Below are positions 31,477 through 39,700 of a stretch of DNA of 64,000 nucleotides, one piece after another. The stretch comes from an uncultured Chloroflexia bacterium (GTDB lineage Bacteria > Chloroflexota > Limnocylindria > Limnocylindrales > CSP1-4), in contig CAVPNC010000013.1 in NCBI GenBank assembly GCA_963706695.1, forward strand, positions 16,348-80,347, written 5' to 3'. The number at the start of each line of letters is the position of its first letter. Position 1 is the stretch's first letter. The notes below the pieces were generated by a model. That model had not been told where the DNA came from. It made no database searches and saw only the letters and a list, made by a program, of their open reading frames with translations. The translations under genes and the position numbers were made by a program.

Positions 31477-32646
31477 ATGAGCAACCAGGTTCGCGTCGCC
31501 ATCGTCGGCGTCGGCAACTGCGCCAGCAGCCTCATCCAGGGCCGCTACTACTACGAGAACGCCAATGAGGACGAGTTCGTCCCCGGCCTGATGCACGTCA
31601 AGCTCGGCGACTACCACGTGCGCGACATCGAGTTCGTGGCCGCCTTCGACGTCAACGCCAACAAGGTGGGCAAGGACCTGGGCGAAGCCATCTACGCCAA
31701 GCCCAACAACACCATCAGGTTCATGGACGTGCCACAGGTCGGCGTGACCGTGCAGCGCGGCCCCACGATGGATGGCATCGGCCGGTACGTCGCCGCCGTG
31801 GTGCCCGAGTCCCCCGCTGAGCCAGTCGATGTCGTGGCCGCCCTCAAGGCCGCTGACGTGGACGTGCTCGTCTCCTACCTGCCCGTGGGCAGCGAGGACG
31901 CCACCCGCTGGTACGCCGAGCAGGCCATCGAGGCCGGCGTCGCGTTCGTCAACGCCATTCCCGTCTTCATCGGCCGCGAGCCCGAGTGGCAGGCCAAGTT
32001 CGCCGCGGCCGGGCTGCCCATCATCGGCGACGACATCAAGAGCCAGGTGGGCGCCACCATCACCCATCGCGTGCTGACCCGCCTCTTCGACGATCGAGGC
32101 GTACAGGTCGACCGGACCTACCAGCTGAACTTCGGCGGCAACACGGACTTCCAGAACATGCTCGAGCGTGATCGTCTCGAGTCCAAGAAGATCAGCAAGA
32201 CCAACGCGGTCACCTCGCAGCTCGACTACGAGCTCGAGGAGGGTGCCGTGCACGTCGGGCCCTCGGACCACGTGCCGTGGCTGGAGGACCGGAAGTTCTG
32301 CCACATCCGCATCGAGGGCACGACCTACGGTGACGTGCCCCTCCTGGCCGAGCTCAAGCTCGAGGTCTGGGACAGCCCCAACAGCGCCGGTGTCATCACC
32401 GATGCCATCCGCTGCGCCAAGATCGGGCTTGACCGAGGTCTGGCGGGCACGCTCGTGGCTCCCTCGGCATACTTCATGAAGAGCCCGCCCGAGCAGCTGC
32501 ACGATGACGTCGCCCGCAAGCGCGTCGAGGCCTTCATCAGTGGCGAGGACAACGCGACCCTGACCGGCGCTGAGCCGGACGCGGTCGAAGAGGCCGAGGC
32601 GGTCCTGGCGGCCGCGTCGGAGCAGGAGGCGGTCACGATCGCCTGA
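31477..32646 (+). CDS. ino1: myo-inositol-1-phosphate synthase
   Basis: [19 protein letters not shown]-binding N-terminus, [28 protein letters not shown]. 389-aa short bacterial/archaeal type. Confidence 0.92.
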   Translation: MSNQVRVAIVGVGNCASSLIQGRYYYENANEDEFVPGLMHVKLGDYHVRDIEFVAAFDVNANKVGKDLGEAIYAKPNNTIRFMDVPQVGVTVQRGPTMDGIGRYVAAVVPESPAEPVDVVAALKAADVDVLVSYLPVGSEDATRWYAEQAIEAGVAFVNAIPVFIGREPEWQAKFAAAGLPIIGDDIKSQVGATITHRVLTRLFDDRGVQVDRTYQLNFGGNTDFQNMLERDRLESKKISKTNAVTSQLDYELEEGAVHVGPSDHVPWLEDRKFCHIRIEGTTYGDVPLLAELKLEVWDSPNSAGVITDAIRCAKIGLDRGLAGTLVAPSAYFMKSPPEQLHDDVARKRVEAFISGEDNATLTGAEPDAVEEAEAVLAAASEQEAVTIA

Positions 32647-32656
32647 CAGGAGGGAC

Positions 32657-33670
32657 GTGTCCGGCGTCGACTACGCACCCCACCGCCGCACTGACCGGGG
32701 ACGGCTCCTGCGAGCCGTTTCGCGGGCCTGGGAGCGGATGGTGGTCACCGTCTTCCGCGCCGCGTCCTTCGTGCTGGTGCGCGTGCCGCTGCGCATCAGC
32801 GAGCCGATCGCGAAGATCGGTTTCATGGCCGGCTACTACCTCTGGCCGGCCAAGCGCGACATCGTCAAGCGCAACGCTGCCCACGTGCTGGGCCTGCCCG
32901 TCTCACACAAGGACGTGGCCGGCCTGGCACGCGGCGTCTTCGGCACCTACGCCCGCTTCGCCATCGAAGTCATGCGCATGCCTGGTCTGCCGGCCGACGA
33001 ACCGGTGCGCCTGATGCGCCGGGAAGGTGAGCAGCACGACCGCTTCCTGGCCCTGTGCCGCCAGTGCCAAGCGGATGGCCGCGGCATCATCGCGGTCTCC
33101 GGCCACATCGGCAGCATCGAGGTCTTTGCCGGGGCCTATGCGCGAGAGGGGCTGCCGACCTACGGCCTGGCCGACGACTCGGCCTTTCCAGAGCTCTTCG
33201 AGCTGCTCAACCGCAGCCGTGCACGCTGGGGCGTGACCATCATCCCCTGGAAGCGGCTGCGCGAGATCTTCAGGGTCATGCGCACGCCAGCCATCCTGGG
33301 CATGGTCGTGGACTGGGGCTACCGCGCGGATGACCTGCCCGTGCAGCTCTTCGGCTCGTGGACCACCCTGCCGGCCGGACCGGCCACGCTCGCAGCGCGG
33401 ACCGGCGCGGTGGTGCTGCCGGTCGTGGCACGCCGCCTCGACGACGGGGGCTACAGGCCCATCATGTTCGACCCGATCGAGGTCGCCGACTCCTCCCCTG
33501 CCACCCTTGCCGCAGCCACGCAGTCGATCGCCCACGCGCTCGAGGCCATGATCGCCGAGGCGCCCGAGCAGTGGTATACCTTCAAGCCCATGTGGCCCGC
33601 GAGCCAGGCCGAGCAGGCCGAGCTCGCGCGTCGCGCCGCCGCCACCGAGGGGGATGGTGCCCATGTCTGA
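32657..33670 (+). CDS. HtrB/LpxL-type lipid acyltransferase (PatA-like) 1
   Basis: N-terminal TM, catalytic H-x4-E (SGHIGSIEV) and downstream GPATLAARTGAVVLP. AGGAGGGA SD. Confidence 0.8.
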   Translation: MSGVDYAPHRRTDRGRLLRAVSRAWERMVVTVFRAASFVLVRVPLRISEPIAKIGFMAGYYLWPAKRDIVKRNAAHVLGLPVSHKDVAGLARGVFGTYARFAIEVMRMPGLPADEPVRLMRREGEQHDRFLALCRQCQADGRGIIAVSGHIGSIEVFAGAYAREGLPTYGLADDSAFPELFELLNRSRARWGVTIIPWKRLREIFRVMRTPAILGMVVDWGYRADDLPVQLFGSWTTLPAGPATLAARTGAVVLPVVARRLDDGGYRPIMFDPIEVADSSPATLAAATQSIAHALEAMIAEAPEQWYTFKPMWPASQAEQAELARRAAATEGDGAHV

Positions 33671-34643
33671 GACCGAGCGAACGCCGCCAGGGACCCCGCT
33701 GGGCGCCGCGGGGAGGGTCGTCTTCGCGACGCTGATGTTCGGACTGTGGCTGGCGCGCCGGCTGCCCGATCGTCCGCTCTACCGCGCCGCGTACGCCATC
33801 GGCGCCGGCCTCTACGTGCTCTTGCCTGGGCGACGAGCCCTCGTGCGCTCCAACCTCAAGCGTGTCGTGGACTGGCTGGTCGAACACGATCAAGCCAGCC
33901 CGAGGGTGCGTCGCGCCGCGGCCGACCCGCGCTCGCTCGACAGGCTGGTTCGAGAGTGCTTCGGCCACTGGGTCGTGACCTACGTGGAAGCGGCCCTGGC
34001 GCCGCGCTACAGCGCAGCCGAGCTCGAGCGCCGCTTCGCGCGAGCCGACCCTGAGGCCTCGGCGGAAGCGCTGACCGTGCCGCCACCGGGTCAGCCCGGA
34101 CCCATCCACATGGCCATGCACTTCGGCTCGGTCGATCTCTCCGCGCTCTATGGGGCACGCGTCGGCCGGCTACCGCTGACCGGGCCCATGGAGTTCCTGG
34201 AGACGCCCCTTGCTCGAGCCTACTTCGAGCGTGTGCGCACCGACCTCGACGTAACCATCGTGCCGCTCGGGAACGCCGCCAGCGCGCTCACCGAGGCGCT
34301 CGTGCGCGGGGAGGCCGTGGGCATCGTGGCCGACCGCAACATCGTCGGCCGCGGCACGCTGGTGGAGCTCTTCGGCGCTCCCATGCGGCTGCCCATCGGG
34401 CCGGCCATGCTCTCGCTACAGACGGGCGCACCGCTCTACCTGGAGGCCATCGAACGGCGCGAGCCGGGCTGCTGGCTGGGGCACACGATCCCCCTGCGCC
34501 CGGAGCCCGGTGCGCCTCGGCGGGAAGCCATGCGCCAGCTCATCGAGCAGGAGGTCCGGGCCATGGAGCGCGTCATCGCACGCGCTCCGGAGCAATGGAC
34601 CACACTGTTCTTTCCGATCTGGGAAGACGAGAGGGAAGTGTGA
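33654..34643 (+). CDS. HtrB/LpxL-type lipid acyltransferase (PatA-like) 2
   Basis: Paralogue of the preceding gene: H-x4-D (AMHFGSVDL) and GPAMLSLQTGAPLYL. Overlaps the upstream gene; ATG at 33654 or 33663. Confidence 0.8.
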   Translation: MVPMSETERTPPGTPLGAAGRVVFATLMFGLWLARRLPDRPLYRAAYAIGAGLYVLLPGRRALVRSNLKRVVDWLVEHDQASPRVRRAAADPRSLDRLVRECFGHWVVTYVEAALAPRYSAAELERRFARADPEASAEALTVPPPGQPGPIHMAMHFGSVDLSALYGARVGRLPLTGPMEFLETPLARAYFERVRTDLDVTIVPLGNAASALTEALVRGEAVGIVADRNIVGRGTLVELFGAPMRLPIGPAMLSLQTGAPLYLEAIERREPGCWLGHTIPLRPEPGAPRREAMRQLIEQEVRAMERVIARAPEQWTTLFFPIWEDEREV

Positions 34644-35515
34644 CCGACGAGGCTCCCGAGCAGCTCCCGGCCGACGCGGCAGGACAGCTCCTGCGGATCG
34701 ATCCGCACGTGCACACCCTGGCCTCCGATGGCATCCACGATGTGGAGACGGTGATCCACGCGGCCATGGCCGTGGGCCTGGACGCGGTCGCCATCGCCGA
34801 CCACGAACGCATGGACGCCGCCGTCGCCGGTCGAGCCATGGCCCAGCACCGTGGCTGGCCCATCGAGGTCATCGTGGCCGAAGAGATCTCGACCCGTGGC
34901 GGCCACCTCCTCGGTCTCTACCTGAAGCAGCGCATCCGGCCCTGGTACTCGCTCAAGGACTCGATCGCGCGGATCCACGAGCAGGGTGGCCTGGCCATCA
35001 TCGCCCACCCCCTGCCGCCCTACCCGCTCTGTGCGAGCGAGCGCACCATCCGCAAGCTCATGGACGAGGCCGACCCCATCTACCACCCCGACGGCATGGA
35101 GGGCTTCAACCCCACGACCGCCGGGCCTGCCCTGCGCCGCTGGAGCCGTCGTGCGCCGGCCTTGGCGGAGGAGCTGGGCATCGCCGCCACGGGCGGGTCG
35201 GACGCGCACAAGGCGGAGAACGTGGGCACGACCCACACGCTCGTGCGGCGGCGAGGCACGCTCGAAGCGAGCCTGCGCCAGGCCCTCGAGGAACGGGACA
35301 CGCGCTGGCAGGGCGAGGGCTACAGCTGGCGCGGGCAGGTGGGCATGTTCAGCCAGCAGACTCGCAAGAACCTCGCCGCCCTCGCGGCCGAGATCAACGG
35401 CAAGGTGCGCCGCAATGGCACCGGACGAGACCTCGGCTATCCTGGCGGACGCCAGCGACCGGTGGCCTTCGACCGCGAGGCCGCAGGGTTGCCGCCTGAC
35501 GGTCACCGGCGATGA
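34640..35515 (+). CDS. PHP-domain metal-dependent phosphoesterase
   Basis: PHP motifs RIDPHVHTLASDG, AIADHE, IIAHP, GGSDAH. The GTG at 34640 overlaps the upstream stop (GTGTGA), and the stop overlaps the pimA ATG (ATGA). Confidence 0.82.
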   Translation: MTDEAPEQLPADAAGQLLRIDPHVHTLASDGIHDVETVIHAAMAVGLDAVAIADHERMDAAVAGRAMAQHRGWPIEVIVAEEISTRGGHLLGLYLKQRIRPWYSLKDSIARIHEQGGLAIIAHPLPPYPLCASERTIRKLMDEADPIYHPDGMEGFNPTTAGPALRRWSRRAPALAEELGIAATGGSDAHKAENVGTTHTLVRRRGTLEASLRQALEERDTRWQGEGYSWRGQVGMFSQQTRKNLAALAAEINGKVRRNGTGRDLGYPGGRQRPVAFDREAAGLPPDGHRR

Positions 35516-36771
35516 AGATCGGCCTCGTCACGCCCTACATCTACCCGCTCCCGGGCGGCGTCAACGCCCACGTGGGCTACCTCTACGAGAACCTCGTCAA
35601 GCGCGGTCATGACGTGCGCATCATCAGCGCCACGCACGGGCCCCAGCGCTCGAGCGAGGGCGACATCATCCGCCTCGGCTACGGCTGGTCCGTGCCCACC
35701 AACGGCTCCGTGGGCACGCTCACCGTCTCACATCGCTACCCGCATCTGGTGCAGGAGATGCTCGAGCGTGAGCGCTTCGATGTGATCCACTTCCACGAGC
35801 CGTTCGTGCCCTTCCTCTCGCTGGTGATCCTGCGCTACTCCAAGGCGGTCAACATCGCCACCTTCCACGCCTACTCCGGCTTCAGCCCCTCGTACGAGTT
35901 CGGCAGACGCTTCATGAGCACACCCGCACGCCGGCTCCATGGCCGTATCGCGGTCAGCGCCGCGGCCATGCACTTCATCAAGCGCTACTTCCCGGGCGAC
36001 TACAAGGTCATCCCCAACGGCGTGGACATCTCGCAGTTCGACGACGTGCCGCCGTTCGCACGCTGGAACGACGGCGTGCCCAACATCCTCTTCGTCGGTC
36101 GCTTCGAGCAGCGCAAGGGGCTGATGTATCTGCTGCGCGCGTACTACCAGCTGCGCCTCGAAGGGCTCGGCTGCCGCTTGCTGGTGGTGGGTAACGGTCC
36201 CCAAGCGGCGGAGGCGCGCCGCTACATCCAGTCACGCCGCCTCGGAGGCGTGGAGATGCTGGGGCGCCTCTCGGACCACGACAAGGCCCGGGCCTTCGCC
36301 ACCGCCGACATCTACGCCGGGCCCGCCACGGGGCAGGAGTCCTTCGGGATCGTCCTGCTCGAAGCCATGGCTTCCGGCACGCCCATCGTGTGCAGCGACA
36401 TCCACGGCTACAAGGGAGTCGTCCGGCGCAACGAGCAGGCCGTGCTGGTGCCGCCACGTGACGTGGAGGCGCTGGCGGCAGCACTGGGGACCCTGCTGCG
36501 CGATCCGCTCCTGCGCCAGCGCATGGGCGAGTCCGGTCGCGAGCGCGTGGTGCAGTACGGCTGGGAGAACATCACGGCCAAGGTCGAGGACTACTACGGC
36601 TTCGTCATCCGACGCCTGGAGGCGAGAGGTGGCCTGCCCGCGGGCTTCGACGCGGAGATCCCGCCAGCTCCCAGTCGGGCGCCGGGCCTGTGGAGCCAGG
36701 CGGATGGCCTCGAGGACGAGGCGGGCGAGGAGTCACTGGCCACGATCGAGGCTTCTGAAGCCGGGGTCTAG
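35512..36771 (+). CDS. pimA: GT4 glycosyltransferase, phosphatidylinositol alpha-mannosyltransferase-like
   Basis: N-terminus MKIGLVTPYIYPLPGGVNAHV (compare the PimA N-terminus) and E-x7-E ESFGIVLLEAMASGTPIV. Synteny with the PIP synthase and acyltransferases. Confidence 0.82.
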   Translation: MKIGLVTPYIYPLPGGVNAHVGYLYENLVKRGHDVRIISATHGPQRSSEGDIIRLGYGWSVPTNGSVGTLTVSHRYPHLVQEMLERERFDVIHFHEPFVPFLSLVILRYSKAVNIATFHAYSGFSPSYEFGRRFMSTPARRLHGRIAVSAAAMHFIKRYFPGDYKVIPNGVDISQFDDVPPFARWNDGVPNILFVGRFEQRKGLMYLLRAYYQLRLEGLGCRLLVVGNGPQAAEARRYIQSRRLGGVEMLGRLSDHDKARAFATADIYAGPATGQESFGIVLLEAMASGTPIVCSDIHGYKGVVRRNEQAVLVPPRDVEALAAALGTLLRDPLLRQRMGESGRERVVQYGWENITAKVEDYYGFVIRRLEARGGLPAGFDAEIPPAPSRAPGLWSQADGLEDEAGEESLATIEASEAGV

Positions 36772-39700
36772 CCTCGCGGATCGGGGGTGTGCCCGGCGTC
36801 AGCGCCCCAGCGCCGGGCGGCGACGGCCACCGCCAGCACGAACAGCACCGTGACCCCGCCGAGCACGAGCATGGCCGGCTCGAAGATGCCGTCGTCGCTG
36901 GCCGGGTCGGTGTTGACCGAGAACTGGAAGTCCCAGTTCCAGGTCGGCAGCAGCCCCTGATAGAGGTGGGCCAGGTCCGCTGGCAGCGGCAGGCCGGCGA
37001 TGTTGGGGTACCACAGCAGCAGCCAGATCCCCGCCGCAGCGAGGATGCCCACCACCAGGCGCCGTGGATCACGGGCCCGCAGCACGGCGGCTGCCGGCAG
37101 GGCCAGCACGATCAGGCCCAGCAGGGCCAGCACGTCCGAGCTCAAGGTCACCCCCGCCGTGGAGGCGGTGTCGAGCGCAAGCAGCGCCCCGACCACGCCC
37201 GTGAGCGTGGCCAGGGCCACGGCCACGAGCGCCACCACCCACCGGCCCTGCCTGCCGGGATCCGCACGGGAGGCACGCCAGCCGATGAGCCCGGCCATGG
37301 CCGCTCCGGCGCCGACCACGAAGAGGGCCGCGACACCACCTTCGCTGAGCTGGGCGGTGCGCGTGACCTGACTGGCGCAGGCCACCCCGTCGGGATGGGC
37401 CACGGCCGTCCCGGAGATGATGCACAGGGGGGTGCGCAGCAACCACAGCAAGGGGATGGCGACGATGGCCGATGCCGCCGAGGCCCGCGCCAGGAACCAG
37501 ACCCGCCACGACGGCCCGTGCCAGAGCTCGCCCAGGAAGTAGGCCAGGGCCAGGAGCATGAAGGGCAGGCTGGCATAGACGTGATACTGGAAAGCGGCAC
37601 GGTCCACGCGAGCCCAGGGCAACCACATCGCCGCCCACATCAGCACCACCATGGTGAGCGCCAGGCTGCGCCGTCGCCACGCCGCCCAGGCGCTGAAGCC
37701 GATGCCGGCGATACCCAGCCAGAAGATGACGAGGTTGCCGGTGTCGTAGATGAGCCCGGTGGTGCCGTCGCTGTAGCGTCCCTGGAAGAACCACACCGGC
37801 TTGAGGTCGAGCGGCCAGGCCCACCAGGGTGAAGAGGCCGCGTGCTCGGCGCGCAGGTTGTCGTGATACTGGTACATGGACTCCGTGAGGGCCGCGATCG
37901 TGCGGCCGCCCTCGGTGCCCTCTGCCAGGAAGGGCAGGCTGCCCAGCAGGGGCACGCCCCAGTCGTTGCCCAGCTCGACCCAGGGCGAATAGGTCACCAG
38001 GTAGACGATCACGGGCAGCACCGTGAGGGCGGCCATGGTCAGCAGCCAGGGCAGCACGTGCACCGGTCCGGGCCGCAACCACGCGCTCGTGCCGGGGGCC
38101 GGACCGCGCGCGCCGACAGCCCACGGTCCATGGCCGGCCATGGCCGCGATCAGGGCCACGACCGCGACGGCCACGCCGATCACCATGGAGAGGCCGCCGA
38201 GGACAGCTAGCTGCAGCAGCCACAGGGCCACGCCGGCGGCCAGGGGCAGGGCCACGGCCAGGATCACCTCCACCTTGGTCCAGGGGATGGGTCGACGGAT
38301 GATCCCGGCCGTCAGCAGGCCGGTGAGCACGAGCATGAGCACGAGGAAGACCCAGTTGCGTACGACCTCCGACCCGGCCTCGGGTCGGATGGCCATCGTG
38401 CCCAGGACGGCGGTCATGCCCACCATCACCAGCAACGCCAGGGCACGACCCAGGGCTGAGCGCAGGAGCACCAGCAGGCCCAGCCCCCCGATGGCGTAGA
38501 GCGCGACCCACTTCGAGGCCAGAGCGAGCCCCAGGGCCACGCCCGCCCCGGCCACCAGCCCGGCCGCGGTCCAGGGTCGACGCGGTGCCAGGTAGAGCGG
38601 CGCCAGCAGCAGCACCGCCAGCAGCACGAAGGCGGTGACGTAGACGTCGTTCATGGCGATGCGGGCGTTGGCGAAGAGCATGCCCTCGCCAAGCACCAGT
38701 CCCGCTGTGATGAGCCCGATGCTTCGCCTGGCGAAGAGCACTCGGGCAAGCAGGTATGCGAGCGCGGCCGTGAGCGCCCCCAGCAGGACGCCTGGCACTC
38801 GCCAGCCGAAGGCGTTGCCGCCGATATCGATGCCGGCCACGCGTCCATCGCCGGCGATCGCCAGCAGCTCGCTGCGGTCGGCGTCAGGCCGCTCGGAGAG
38901 CGAATCCGCGAGCAGGATCCGGGGCTGGTGCGGGAGGGGCACATCGATGAAGACGGAGCGGCCCTTGGGCTCGACCACGTAGACGGTGGGGCCGCCGCTC
39001 GGGGCCACCCCGAGGGCGTGCATCAGCTCGGCGGATCCGTTCCAGACGAGGCCTTCCACCGCGCCGGGCATCCAGACCGACTCGGGCAGGGCCAGGCCGT
39101 CGTCGCTGACCGAGATGGTCTCGAGCGCGGGGCCTGCGGCCACGTAGAGCGTGGGCTCGTCGCTGTCGGGCTCGGCCAGCGCGAGCGCCCGCGCCGGCTC
39201 GTCCGTGGGGATGGTGTCGAGCGGATCCAGGCTCCACACATCGAGGATGTCGACGCCTGCCGCGTCGGCCACCGCCAGTAGCGGCGCCGACTCCAGCTCT
39301 GCGCCGGGCAGCCGACCGTCTTCGATGAACGCCGACAGGCCCTCGACGGTGTCGGCGTCAGGCCAGGCCAGGATGGTCACGAAGCCGTCGCGCGCGAGCA
39401 GCTCGGTGAGTCGACCGGGGTCGTCGTCGAGCACGCTCGCGAGCAGGTCCGCGGTCGCCTTGCGGTCGGGCAGCGCTCTGGTGTCGACGATGAGCCGTTC
39501 GGCCCAGGGCAGCTCGACCACGTCCTCGACGCCCACGGCCAGTCGCTCCGAGAGCAGCTCACCGGTGTCGGTGTCGAAGCTGGCGATGGATCCCAGGGTG
39601 ACCGCCACGAGGGCCGTGTCAGTGACCAGCAGTCGCTGCACCGGTGCGCCTGGCCCGAACGAGAACGGGATGGCGGCATCGACGATGGCGGCAGGGTCGG

